The notes beneath the pieces were generated by a model that was not told where the DNA came from, did no database searches, and was given only the letters and a program-made list of their open reading frames with translations. The translations under genes and the position numbers were made by a program. Positions 19,245 to 28,820 of a stretch of DNA of 64,000 bases are shown piece by piece. The first letter of the stretch is position 1, and every line of letters starts with the position of its first letter. The stretch comes from Verrucomicrobiota bacterium (GTDB taxonomy: Bacteria > Verrucomicrobiota > Verrucomicrobiia > Limisphaerales > UBA9464): the NCBI GenBank assembly GCA_016871805.1, contig VHCG01000001.1, positions 129,562-193,561 of the forward strand, in the 5' to 3' direction.

Positions 19245-19988
19245 ATGAGACTCCTCTCCAATCAGGTCGCGGTCGTCACCGGCGCGGGACGCGGCATCGG
19301 ACGCGCCATCGCACTCCAATTCGCCCGCGAGGGCGCCGACGTGGTCTGCGTGTCGCGGACCGCCGAAAACTCGGCGAAGATCGCCGACGAGGTCCGGGCC
19401 CTCGGCCGCAAGGCCTGGGGTCTTGCCGTGGACGTCGCGGATGGAGCGGCCATCGCCAAGGCGGTGGAGCAGATCCTGGCCGAGGCCGGACGGGTCGACA
19501 TCCTCGTCAACAACGCAGGAGTGACCCGGGATGGACTGCTCATGAGGATGAGCGATGCCGACTGGGACGCGGTCCTGAACACGAATCTGCGCGGGGCGTT
19601 CCTGATGACGAAGGCCTTCACCCGCACGTTTCTCAAGCAGCGGTCCGGCCGCATCATCAACGTCGCGAGCGTGATCGGACTCATCGGAAACGCCGGCCAG
19701 TGCAACTACGCGGCCAGCAAGGCCGGGCTCATTGGATTCACGAAGTCCGTCGCCAAGGAGTTCGGATCTCGAGGCGTGACCTGCAACGCGATCGCGCCCG
19801 GGTTCATCGCGACCGACATGACCGCGGGACTCGACGAGAAGCTGAAGGAGTCGCTGCTCACCCAGATCCCGCTGGGATCGCTCGGCCAGCCGGAGGACAT
19901 CGCGCACGCCGCGGTCTACCTCGCGGGTCCCGGCGGACGCTATGTCACGGGCCAGGTGCTGACCGTCGACGGCGGCATGGTGATGTGA
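19245..19988 (+). CDS. fabG: 3-oxoacyl-[ACP] reductase
   Basis: Same frame as track ORF 18552..19988, starting at MRLLSNQVAVVTGAGRGIGRAIA. SDR motifs are NNAGVTRD, YAASKAG and PGFIATDMT. It sits next to acpP and fabF. Confidence 0.92.
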   Translation: MRLLSNQVAVVTGAGRGIGRAIALQFAREGADVVCVSRTAENSAKIADEVRALGRKAWGLAVDVADGAAIAKAVEQILAEAGRVDILVNNAGVTRDGLLMRMSDADWDAVLNTNLRGAFLMTKAFTRTFLKQRSGRIINVASVIGLIGNAGQCNYAASKAGLIGFTKSVAKEFGSRGVTCNAIAPGFIATDMTAGLDEKLKESLLTQIPLGSLGQPEDIAHAAVYLAGPGGRYVTGQVLTVDGGMVM

Positions 19989-20069
19989 TCTTCGAGAAAA
20001 TTACCGGAACAAGTCTTGACGCTTCAACGCACCCTGCCTAGACAGGCGCCGCACTAAAAACAAAGCCCT

Positions 20070-20315
20070 ATGGCCGCTGAAAAATCCACCGAGCAACGCA
20101 TCAAGGACATCATCGTTGACCAGCTCAACGTCAACGCAGACCAGGTCACTCCCGAGGCCAAGTTCATCGAGGACCTCGGAGCCGACTCCCTCGACACCGT
20201 CGAGCTGGTGATGGCCCTCGAGGAGGAGTTCGGGGTCGAGATCCCCGACGAGGAGGCCGAGAAGCTCCAGACCGTCGGTGACGTCCTCAAGTACGTCGAG
20301 GAGCTCCAGAAGTAG
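20070..20315 (+). CDS. acpP: Acyl carrier protein
   Basis: 81 aa with the phosphopantetheine-attachment motif [21 protein letters not shown]. Confidence 0.95.
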   Translation: MAAEKSTEQRIKDIIVDQLNVNADQVTPEAKFIEDLGADSLDTVELVMALEEEFGVEIPDEEAEKLQTVGDVLKYVEELQK

Positions 20316-20334
20316 TTCTGGGGATCTACCAGAA

Positions 20335-20363
20335 GGCAGCCGGTTCGCCGGCTGCCTTTTTTT
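20335..20363 (+). terminator. Rho-independent terminator after acpP
   Basis: A 9-bp perfect stem, GGCAGCCGG ttcg CCGGCTGCC, followed by TTTTTTT. Confidence 0.8.
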
Positions 20364-20453
20364 GTTTCCAACCCGCCCGATCGGGCACCACGGGTTCCCG
20401 TTTTTTTCCCTGTCGCGGATCCGCCGACCTCGGCCACTCTCCGACCGACAAAC

Positions 20454-21710
20454 ATGAGCTCCTGGTCAGATCGTCGCGTCGTCGTCACCGGAATCGGTTG
20501 CGTCTCCAGCCTGGGGACCGATGCGGATACCCTCTGGAAGAACATCCTCGCCGGCCGCTCTGGGGTCAGCCGCATCACGTCGTTCGATGTCACGAACTAC
20601 GACTGCCAGATCGCGGCGGAGATCCGGGACTTCGATCCAAACCCGGCCTTCCCGAACCCGAAGGAGGTTCGCCGGACCGATCGCTTCTCCCACTTCGGCA
20701 TCTACGCCGGATGGGGTGCGCTGAAGGACTCGGGCCTCGATCTCGAGAAGGCGAACCGGGATGAGATCGGCGTCTTCATCGGCTCCGGCATCGGTGGCCT
20801 GCACACCACTGAGGAGCAGCACTCGGTGCTCCTCTCGAAGGGACCCTCGCGGATTAGTCCGTTCATGATCCCGATGCTGATCCTGAACATGGCCTCGGGG
20901 CTGTTCTCGCTCTACTATAAGCTGCGGGGACCGAACTTCGCGACCTGCTCGGCCTGCGCCACCGCCACCCACGCCCTGGGCGAGGCCTGGGCGACGATCA
21001 AGCGCGGGGACGCCTCCGTCATGTTCGCCGGCGGCGCCGAGGCCTCCATCGTCCCCCTCGGCATCAGCGGCTTCGGCGCCATGCGCGCCATGAGCACCCG
21101 CAATGACGCACCCGAGAAGGCCTGCCGCCCCTTCGACAAAGACCGCGACGGCTTCGTGATGGGCGAGGGTGCGGCCGTGGTCGTGCTCGAGGAACTGGAG
21201 CATGCCAAACGTCGTGGCGCCCGCATCTACTGCGAGGTCGCCGGCTACGGCAACACCGCCGATGCGAACCACATGACGGCTCCCGACCCTGAGGGCGAAG
21301 GTGCAGGACGTGCCATGAGGATGGCCCTGCGTCACGCCGGACTCCGCACCGACCAGATCGACTACATCAACTGCCACGCCACGAGCACCCCGGTCGGGGA
21401 CCTGTGCGAGGTGCGCATGATCAAGAACGTGTTCGGGGACCATGCGAAGACTCTTGCGGCAAGCGCGACCAAGAGCATGACCGGCCACATGCTGGGAGCC
21501 GCTGGCGCCATCGAGATGGCCATCTGCTGCAAGGCCGTCGAAGCCCAGGTGGCCCCGCCAACCATCAACCTCGACAACCCGGATCCCGAGGCCGACCTGA
21601 ACCTGGTGCCCCATACCCCCCAGGAGCGCACCATCCGGGCGTTCGCCAACAACTCCTTTGGCTTCGGCGGCCACAACGCCATCGTGGTCGGCAAACGCTT
21701 CGAAGGCTGA
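20454..21710 (+). CDS. fabF: Beta-ketoacyl-[ACP] synthase II
   Basis: RRVVVTGIGCVS; active-site Cys context ATCSACATATHALGEA; the two His contexts are NCHATSTPVGD and KSMTGHMLGAAG; C-terminal NSFGFGGHNA. Confidence 0.95.
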   Translation: MSSWSDRRVVVTGIGCVSSLGTDADTLWKNILAGRSGVSRITSFDVTNYDCQIAAEIRDFDPNPAFPNPKEVRRTDRFSHFGIYAGWGALKDSGLDLEKANRDEIGVFIGSGIGGLHTTEEQHSVLLSKGPSRISPFMIPMLILNMASGLFSLYYKLRGPNFATCSACATATHALGEAWATIKRGDASVMFAGGAEASIVPLGISGFGAMRAMSTRNDAPEKACRPFDKDRDGFVMGEGAAVVVLEELEHAKRRGARIYCEVAGYGNTADANHMTAPDPEGEGAGRAMRMALRHAGLRTDQIDYINCHATSTPVGDLCEVRMIKNVFGDHAKTLAASATKSMTGHMLGAAGAIEMAICCKAVEAQVAPPTINLDNPDPEADLNLVPHTPQERTIRAFANNSFGFGGHNAIVVGKRFEG

Positions 21711-22025
21711 AGAGCCCCGACGGCCCCGGACAACAGGGTTACGCTGCTTTCAGTGGGTCGTTGGGTGGAGGGACACCGCAGGGGCAACCCTACCGATCCC
21801 AGAGGGATCCACGCCAGCAGCCGGTCGTTGAGCACAGCGACACCACCGGAATCGGACGCCCCAGTCGCTCCCGCACCTCGGCGCGGTACTCGCTCCGTCG
21901 GGAGAACCTCCACCGTGGAACCACCGCGGGTTCCGGTCCGAATCCTGCCGTGCCCGACATCCCTGGTGGGATGCACGGTGCCTGGACCGAGGGACACGGC
22001 TCACCGCTCCCGCCCTCCATCCCCT

Positions 22026-22929
22026 TCACCGATCCGAGGTTCGGTACAGCAACCAGCGGATGTCCTGCTTGTCCTGAGGGGTGTTCAGCGACGGGCTGTC
22101 GAACCCGGCTCCGTCCATTGCCTTGATCCGGACCCGGGAGGTCTTGCCCACCCACTTGTGGACCTCCGAGTGGCCATCGACGAATGAGAATCCGGCCGCG
22201 CCGTTGTGGTACGAGGCCGGAAGATCGCCCCAGTTCCCGGGCACCTGCGCGATCTGGTCGGTCGCCGGATTGTAGGCGCCGGGATTGTTCAGGTAGTAGC
22301 CGTCGTTGATGGAATCAGGATGCTCGTCGAGCATCACCATGATGTCGGCTGGACGCTTCACCGCCGACTCCTTGAGGAACTGGCGGAACCCGACATACCG
22401 ATTGTATCCGCCCGACTCCGGGTTGTTGGCCTGCGGGGGATCGCTGTAGGGACCGAAGCAGGCGTTCATCGCGAGGCTCCGCAGCCGGGCCGGGAACTTG
22501 GCCGATTTCTCTCGGGCCGAAAGAAAGCGGTCCGCCGGACACAGGTAGGCGGAGGTGGCGCTGCCCACGTACGGGGCAAAGGGCCTCTGCTCAGGTAGAA
22601 CTTGTTGGTGATGTCCTCGGAGGCCGCCCACGACATCACGTTGTTGACCCAGTTCCGATACCCCTTGACCGGATCTCTCTTGCCCAGGGTGATCGTCGCC
22701 TGGGTGGTATCGATGCCAAAGTTGTTGACGACGTTCTCGTTGTTATCGAGCGAGTACTGCTTCCACGCGAGCATCAGCTGCCGCGTGTTGTTCATGCACC
22801 CGATGCCCTGCGCCTTGGCTTCGCCTTGGCCAGCAACGGCAACAGCATGCCGGCGAGGATCGCGATGAGGGCGAATCCGCGGCTGCGTGATTCCGACCGG
22901 AAGGTGGGACGGAGTTTTATGGTGGGCAT
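22026..22929 (-). pseudogene. Disrupted H-X9-DG / prepilin-type N-terminal domain protein (two frameshifts plus an N-terminal in-frame deletion)
   Basis: Three track ORFs on three minus frames join into one protein: [37 protein letters not shown] | AKAQGIGCMNNTRQLMLAWKQYSLDNNENV...ITNKFYL | EQRPFAPYVGSATSAYLCPADRF...SYHNGAAGFSFVDGHSEVHKW. Frame switches occur at ~22820 (inside the direct repeat cgccttggc-tt-cgccttggc) and at ~22592. Relative to the intact paralog at 47280 ([22 protein letters not shown]), the ELLVVIAI core is missing. Confidence 0.75.
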
Positions 22930-23006
22930 GCGAGAGCGCTGTGGAAAAATTGAGGCGAACACCCGCCCTGTGCAAGGGAGGGTTCCCCCTCCGGCGGGCC
23001 ATCGTC

Positions 23007-25319
23007 TCAACGGGATCCGACCGGCCCGAGAAGCCGCCACACGCGTCCCGCACCGGATTGCCATCGATGCGTGCCCGCCCCGGGGATTTCCACCGTGAGC
23101 GCCTGCGGCTCCGCTCCGCCGAGCCCGAAATGGACCGCCGCCTCGTTCTGGGACCGGAACCCGTCGCCCGTCAGAAGCCATCGGGACATCCGGCCCCGGG
23201 TCGTCTCCAGGGTGAATCGGGCCCCCGAGGGATACGGTCCCGGCCATCGGAACCCCACCCAGTTCCCGGGCGGGAACCCGTTCCGGTAGACCAGGAGACG
23301 CTGGCGCTTCACCGGCCATTCCTCCTGGGTGGTCACCACAAGATCAGGACGGCCATCCCGATCCACATCCTCCACCAGGAGATTCCGACAGTCCGCGATC
23401 TCGGCCAGTCCCCAGACCCAGGCGAGATCCGGCCAGGGGCGCTCCCCCTGGTTTACCAGGACCCCGTTGGCCTGCCACCCGCCATAGCTTGCGCGATCCG
23501 CCTGCCGCCGCCCCGCGGCAGTCCGGAAATACAGGAGGGCCGCCGCATCCGGTTCGGAACCCGCGACGAACCGGTCATGCCACCAGAACTGCCGCTCGTA
23601 GTCCCGGACGCTTGCCCGGGTCTCGTGTCCCGTCACCACCGCCAGATCCAGCCGTCCGTCGAGGTCGAGGTCCGACCACGCCGCTCCCCACGACCACCCC
23701 GTCCGGGCCACCGCCGTGGCCCACCCTCCGGATGCCGCACGCAGAAGCGCCGAAGAGGGCGCGCCCCAGAACAGACGGTTCCCATGGACCATGGCGGCAA
23801 CCCGGGTGATGGACGATCCCTCGCGCTCGACTCCTGACGCGAGAAGGCGATCCCCCACCGCCGAGGTCATGCCCAGCATGAGCAGGTCCGGCAGCCCGTC
23901 GCCGTCCAGATCCCCCACCGTGTGCGACATCCCAAATGCATGCCGACTCTCCCCCAGTGCCTTCGTGACATCGGTGAACCGGCCCCCGTCGTTCCGGTAC
24001 ACGTCCAGCCCGGCGAAATCGCTCACGTTCACCAGGTCGAGATCCCCATCGAGATCAAGGTCGATCCACGAGGCGCTGTAGCTGCGACGGAACCGCTTGG
24101 GGGCGAGGCCGACCGCTTCGGTGTCGTCGACGAACCGTCCGGCTCCCTCGTTGCGGAGAAAATACGAGGGGAACCCGTCATTGGCGTCGTCCCACGGAGT
24201 CGGGAACTGTCCACCCTGATACGGCAGCTTGTACTGGACGATCCAGAGGTCGAGATCCCCATCCCCATCGGCATCCCCGGCCGAGACCGCCTGAGGATGC
24301 TTCATGGGCGCTGGAGCCGTCCAGCCCACCACGGGTTTTCCGGGCTGGGGCCCCTTCCCCGCCTCCCCAGGCCACCACGCCACGCCGGCGGCGGACACGA
24401 CCACGAGATCATCCACGCCATCCCCCTGGAGATCGGCCCGCACGGCCGCCGTGATGCGCTCCACCGGAAGCCCCAGCCAGGGCTGCGACCGCCAGGAACC
24501 CGATGCGGCACCGTCCGGCACCCTCCGCCAGAGACGATCCGCGCCGACCAGGATCAGCTCCGAGATCCCATCGCCGTCGACGTCCCATGCGAGCAGAGGA
24601 TCCGGAAAGAGGGAGCGCTCCGCCGGGATCGCCGATTCGAGTTCGAGCTCGAACGGGGTGGGACCGCGCCGGTGCAGGCGATGTCCGGAGACAACCCGGG
24701 CCTCCGACAGGACCGGTATGCCACCCTGGCCGGCCTGCCATCGGATCCGGACCCTCAGCCGGAGGTCCACCCGGTCCATGGAGGCCGGGCGTTCGGCGAA
24801 GACGATGAGATCGATCCAGGATTCATCCCGCGGCAGCACCGGTCCTGGACCGTGTCCCACCAACGCAGCCGAGACATGCGCAACCCGCCAGCCTTCAGCA
24901 GCCCAGGCCGCACAGCGTTCCGACCATCCGGTCGTGGCGGCATCCGGAGCCGGCTCCGTCGGCGAGGCCATCGCCGTGCCATCGGGGAGGACTCCATCGG
25001 CTCTCCATCCAGGCCATGACATCCCGGTGATGGGCAGTCCGGCGAGGGCCTGCCATCGGTTCGTGGACTGCTGGACCGCATCCACCCAACGCCACAGCTC
25101 GTCCTCATGCCGCGCAGCCTCCCGCTCCGGGGACCAGAGGGTCGACTCGGCCGCCTGCTCCCGGGCCTCGAGGGCGAGATACCTTCGTGCCGCCTCTTCC
25201 GCCGCCCGTTCCGGGGTGTTCCTGCCGGATTCCGGCCGGGCACCTCCCGACCGCCGCCAGAGAAGGACCCCGACGAGGAGCAGCAGCGTCAGCAGTCCAA
25301 GGAGGAGACGTCGCGGCAT
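23007..25319 (-). CDS. CRTAC1-family protein (FG-GAP/VCBS repeats + ASPIC/UnbV C-terminal domain)
   Basis: Track ORF 23007..26090 trimmed to MPRRLLLGLLTLLLLVGVLLW (signal anchor). Repeated D-x-D-G-D motifs are present: WDVDGDGISELILVG, DLQGDGVDDLVVV, GDADGDGDLDLWIV, DLDLDGDLDLVNV, GDLDGDGLPDLLML, DLDLDGRLDLAVV, DVDRDGRPDLVV. The UnbV-like tail reads LLTGDGFRSQNEAAVHFGLG. Confidence 0.85.
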   Translation of the reverse strand: MPRRLLLGLLTLLLLVGVLLWRRSGGARPESGRNTPERAAEEAARRYLALEAREQAAESTLWSPEREAARHEDELWRWVDAVQQSTNRWQALAGLPITGMSWPGWRADGVLPDGTAMASPTEPAPDAATTGWSERCAAWAAEGWRVAHVSAALVGHGPGPVLPRDESWIDLIVFAERPASMDRVDLRLRVRIRWQAGQGGIPVLSEARVVSGHRLHRRGPTPFELELESAIPAERSLFPDPLLAWDVDGDGISELILVGADRLWRRVPDGAASGSWRSQPWLGLPVERITAAVRADLQGDGVDDLVVVSAAGVAWWPGEAGKGPQPGKPVVGWTAPAPMKHPQAVSAGDADGDGDLDLWIVQYKLPYQGGQFPTPWDDANDGFPSYFLRNEGAGRFVDDTEAVGLAPKRFRRSYSASWIDLDLDGDLDLVNVSDFAGLDVYRNDGGRFTDVTKALGESRHAFGMSHTVGDLDGDGLPDLLMLGMTSAVGDRLLASGVEREGSSITRVAAMVHGNRLFWGAPSSALLRAASGGWATAVARTGWSWGAAWSDLDLDGRLDLAVVTGHETRASVRDYERQFWWHDRFVAGSEPDAAALLYFRTAAGRRQADRASYGGWQANGVLVNQGERPWPDLAWVWGLAEIADCRNLLVEDVDRDGRPDLVVTTQEEWPVKRQRLLVYRNGFPPGNWVGFRWPGPYPSGARFTLETTRGRMSRWLLTGDGFRSQNEAAVHFGLGGAEPQALTVEIPGAGTHRWQSGAGRVWRLLGPVGSR

Positions 25320-25446
25320 CGCCCGAACATCCGATCCAACGCGTGCCGATTCTGCAAATCCGTTTGCACGGATCAGGAAGGCAGGGACACTCTTTGCGCG
25401 CCGGATCCCCAACCGGCCTGCCTGTCGGATTCCAAACCCGCCCGAT

Positions 25447-27195
25447 ATGCCCCAAAAGCCCCGCCCGTCCCGCTCCAAGCCTGTTCCCTCCAAGGAAACG
25501 GCATCGCCAAAGCCAACCCGTCCGACGCGGCGGTCCACGCCGGCATCCGGGACCGCGGTCCCGCAGAAGCCCGTCTCGCCGCCCTCCAAACCGGCGGGTC
25601 GGACGTCACCCCCGAAATCCTCCCCCTCTCGGATCCCGGCCGGAACCGACGCCTCCGCGACCCGAAAGGCCCGCCTCCCACGGAATCGACCCGCCCCCCC
25701 AACCCCGAAACCCGTACGGTCCGGGTCGTCCCCAAAACCATCACCGTCGTCGAAGCCCCGGTCGGCAGCCCCAGGGTCGATTCCCAAGATCACCCCCGCG
25801 AAATCTCCAAAATCTCCGAAGACACCAGCCCCCTCCGCCCGCCCTGGAACAACCCGTCGGCTCCGATCCCCCGCCAAACGGGGCTCCGCCACCAAGGCCT
25901 CCCAGTCCACCCGCCCCAGCCCCATCCCGCCGCGGGCGACGACCCCGGGTGTCGTGTCAGCTCCCTCATCGGCTCCCTCGTCGGCTCCCCGGCCGGCGTT
26001 ACCGAGGAATCCGGATCCCCTGCCCGGCAACCGACCGCAGCGCCGGTCCGGGGAATCCCCAGCCGGCAGCGCCGAACCCTCCCATCCCATGCCGCCGTCG
26101 CTGGCGGCCCTGCTGCAATCCGGGGATCATCCCTCCCCGAAGCTCCTAGGGGGCACCCGATCGGCCAGCCCAACGACCGACCTCCCGCGGCTCTCGACAC
26201 CGACACCGGTGCATTCGACCGCAGCCGGTACGTCCCGGCGAGGCACTCCCTTTTTGGATCTTCCCCCCGCGATGATCGAACTCGAGGGGCGCGATCCGTT
26301 CTCTCTGTGGGTCCACTGGCAGGTGGACGAGTCCGAACTCCCGACCGGATGGAGCCTGCGCCTCCGGATCTTTGCGCACAGCCTCGACGGCCCCTGGATG
26401 CTGGAACAGCCCGTGTCCGCCTCCGGGCATCGGACACTCCCGGTCCTGTACGCGAACACCGTCTATCTCGCCGCGCTCGGGATCGTCTCGGAATCAGGCT
26501 CCTGGAATCCGATCGCGGTCTCGGCCCCGGTGCGGACAGCGCCCGACGGGCCGTCCCTGACATGGGCCTCGGAGACAGCCTTGTTCCCCACCGTGCAGAC
26601 CGGGGAGGCACCCTCCACGGAGCGGACATCCCCCGCCGCAGTCCCAACGACCTCGACAACCGCAGTGCCGGAGGTCGACGCCGCCTCCTTCCTCACGGCC
26701 TTGGCGACGGAGTCCCTCGGGTGGACCACCGATCCGAACAGCTCTGCGTCCGTCGCGATCCGTTCGCGCCTGCCTTTGGGATCTCTCGAGGCTCCTGACC
26801 AGTCCATCACCCCACCTCCCGGAAACGCCCCTTGGACCGCCGAAAGCGCGCTGGTGCCCGGCTCGGTACCCGTCCCGCCTCCGCCCCCTCCCGCGCCTCC
26901 CGGATTCTGGTTCAAGGTCCATGCCGAACTCGTCCTCCACGGCAGCACCGAACCCGGCGCATCGATCACGATCGCCGGGCATCCGGTCCGACTCCGGGAC
27001 GACGGCTCGTTTACCTTCCGGTTCTCGCTGCCCAATGGGTCCTTCGAGCTGCCGGTCGAGGCGGTGAAGGCCGATGGTTCCGATCGCCGTGCTGCCCATC
27101 TGACGGTGTCTCGGCAGACCGTGGAACGGGGAGACGTGGGGGTTCATCCGATCGAACCCTCCCTGCGCCCCCCGCTCGTGGAGTCGCTGCGCTGA
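25447..27195 (+). CDS. DUF4912 domain protein with a long Pro/Ser/Lys/Arg-rich N-terminal low-complexity region
   Basis: This is the 3' part of track ORF 24304..27195; the 5' part of that ORF is antisense to the CRTAC1 gene. The conserved core starts near LDLPPAMIELEGRDPFSLWVHWQV. The C-terminal beta module reads FWFKVHAELVLHGSTEPGASITIAGHPVRLRDDGSFTFRFSLPNGSFELPVEA. The start is uncertain: ATG 25447 is preferred because it leaves a 127-bp divergent intergenic region, with ATG 26089 as the alternative. Confidence 0.6.
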   Translation: MPQKPRPSRSKPVPSKETASPKPTRPTRRSTPASGTAVPQKPVSPPSKPAGRTSPPKSSPSRIPAGTDASATRKARLPRNRPAPPTPKPVRSGSSPKPSPSSKPRSAAPGSIPKITPAKSPKSPKTPAPSARPGTTRRLRSPAKRGSATKASQSTRPSPIPPRATTPGVVSAPSSAPSSAPRPALPRNPDPLPGNRPQRRSGESPAGSAEPSHPMPPSLAALLQSGDHPSPKLLGGTRSASPTTDLPRLSTPTPVHSTAAGTSRRGTPFLDLPPAMIELEGRDPFSLWVHWQVDESELPTGWSLRLRIFAHSLDGPWMLEQPVSASGHRTLPVLYANTVYLAALGIVSESGSWNPIAVSAPVRTAPDGPSLTWASETALFPTVQTGEAPSTERTSPAAVPTTSTTAVPEVDAASFLTALATESLGWTTDPNSSASVAIRSRLPLGSLEAPDQSITPPPGNAPWTAESALVPGSVPVPPPPPPAPPGFWFKVHAELVLHGSTEPGASITIAGHPVRLRDDGSFTFRFSLPNGSFELPVEAVKADGSDRRAAHLTVSRQTVERGDVGVHPIEPSLRPPLVESLR

Positions 27196-27199
27196 CCGG

Positions 27200-28807
27200 A
27201 TGGACCCGGTCTCCCAGCCGTCGCAACCCGTGCACCTCGCACTGGTCCTCCACGCGCACCTGCCCTTCGTACGACACCCCGAGCATCCGGAATTCCATGA
27301 GGAGACCTGGCTCTTCGAGGCGATCCTGGAGAGCTACCTGCCACTGCTCGGGATCTTGGATGGATGGGCCCGGGACGGCATCCGGGGACGGCTCACGCTG
27401 AGTGTCTCCCCAACGCTCGGTTCGATGCTGGGCGATCCGCTGCTGCGGGAGCGGTTCGATCGACACCTCCGACGGAGGTTAGATCTGGTCGGGCAGGAGG
27501 AGATTCGGGCCCACCTCGAACCGGCCCGCCGTCGGGTGATCTCAGGCCATCGCGATTGGCTGCTGCAGCAGGCCGCGGTCTGGGACCGTTGGGAGGGACA
27601 GGTCCTTCGGGGCTTCGCCGCGGCCGCGGCCGCCGGACAGCTTGAGCTCATCACCTGTTCCGCCACCCACGCCCTCCTCCCCCTGCTCCGTCGACAACCC
27701 GGGCGTCTCCGTCGACAGCTCCACACCGCGGCCGAATTCCATGAGTCCTGGACCGGCCAACGCCCCCGGGGCTTCTGGCTTCCGGAATGCGCCTGGCACC
27801 CGGAACTCGACCCGCATCTGGTCGAGGCCGGATTCCGATGGACGATCGTCGAGTCGCACGGACTCCTGCGGGCGGATCCGCGTCCACGCCAGGGGCTGCT
27901 CGCACCGATCCTCACCCCCGCGGGCCTGGCGGCGTTCGGACGCGACCCCGCGAGTGCCCGGCAGGTCTGGAGCCGGGACGGCGGGTATCCGGGTGATCCC
28001 CGATACCGGGAGTTCCACCGCGACGTCGCCGACGATGCGGAATGGGAGTACCTCCGCCCCTATCTGAGCGGCGCGGAATGCCGGTCCCCCACCGGCATCA
28101 AGATCCATCGGGTGACAGGTCCCGGCCCAGAGAAGGACCTGTACGACCGCGATGCGGCCCAGTCGGCCGCCCGGGAACACGCCCGGCATTTTGTCCAGGA
28201 ACGGCTCCGGATGGGCGCCGCGGCTGGGAGCCGGATGCGGCGTCCCCCGATGTTGGTGGCGCCCTACGACGCCGAGCTCTTCGGGCACTGGTGGTTCGAG
28301 GGCCCCGGGTTCCTCGACGCCGTGGCGCGGGAGATCGGAGGGCTCGGTGGCGCCATCGAGAGGGTTGGACCCACGGAACACCTCGAGCAGTTCCCCCGAC
28401 TCGAGCGCTCCATGCCGGCGGAGTCGACCTGGGGTGAGGGGGGCCACCTTTCGGTGTGGCTGGACGAGGCGACCAATGCCTGGATCCAGCCCCGCCTCCT
28501 TCGGGCCTCCCGACGCCTCGACGCCGTCCTCCAGAAGCGGGGTGGACCCGACGCAACCGGCGTGATCGGACGGCTCCTCCGTCAGGCCGGACGGGAACTC
28601 CTGCTGGCCGAGGCCAGCGACTGGCCCTTCCTGATGCACCAAGGCACGGCGGGCGACTACCCGCGCCGACGGGTGGAGTCCCATCTCGACCGCCTGGAAG
28701 CCCTCCTGCAGCGGCTTGAAGCCTCCGCGTCACCCGATGCCCCAGTCTGGCTGGCCGACCTCGAATTCCGTCACAACCTCTTCCCGGGACCCAATCCGAC
28801 GGGCTGA
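27200..28807 (+). CDS. GH57-family 1,4-alpha-glucan branching enzyme (DUF1957-containing)
   Basis: N-terminus LALVLHAHLPFVRHPEHPEFHEETWLFEAILESYLPLL; GFWLPECAW; VAPYDAELFGHWWFEGPGFL. The start is 4 nt after the DUF4912 stop. Confidence 0.85.
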   Translation: MDPVSQPSQPVHLALVLHAHLPFVRHPEHPEFHEETWLFEAILESYLPLLGILDGWARDGIRGRLTLSVSPTLGSMLGDPLLRERFDRHLRRRLDLVGQEEIRAHLEPARRRVISGHRDWLLQQAAVWDRWEGQVLRGFAAAAAAGQLELITCSATHALLPLLRRQPGRLRRQLHTAAEFHESWTGQRPRGFWLPECAWHPELDPHLVEAGFRWTIVESHGLLRADPRPRQGLLAPILTPAGLAAFGRDPASARQVWSRDGGYPGDPRYREFHRDVADDAEWEYLRPYLSGAECRSPTGIKIHRVTGPGPEKDLYDRDAAQSAAREHARHFVQERLRMGAAAGSRMRRPPMLVAPYDAELFGHWWFEGPGFLDAVAREIGGLGGAIERVGPTEHLEQFPRLERSMPAESTWGEGGHLSVWLDEATNAWIQPRLLRASRRLDAVLQKRGGPDATGVIGRLLRQAGRELLLAEASDWPFLMHQGTAGDYPRRRVESHLDRLEALLQRLEASASPDAPVWLADLEFRHNLFPGPNPTG

Positions 28808-28820
28808 AGCACGGGGCGGT

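Noticed and set aside
21711-22025. Possible gene remnant in the 315-bp gap after fabF (minus-strand ...FSRRSEYRAEVRERLGRPIPVVSL...)
   Set aside because: It is short, has no start or family motif that I can recognise, and overlaps other equally open frames. It cannot be supported as a feature.
24304-27195. A single 963-aa ORF read as one gene
   Set aside because: Its first ~340 codons are antisense to the CRTAC1-like gene (23007..25319). Only the part from 25447 (or 26089) onward is plausible coding sequence for the DUF4912 protein.
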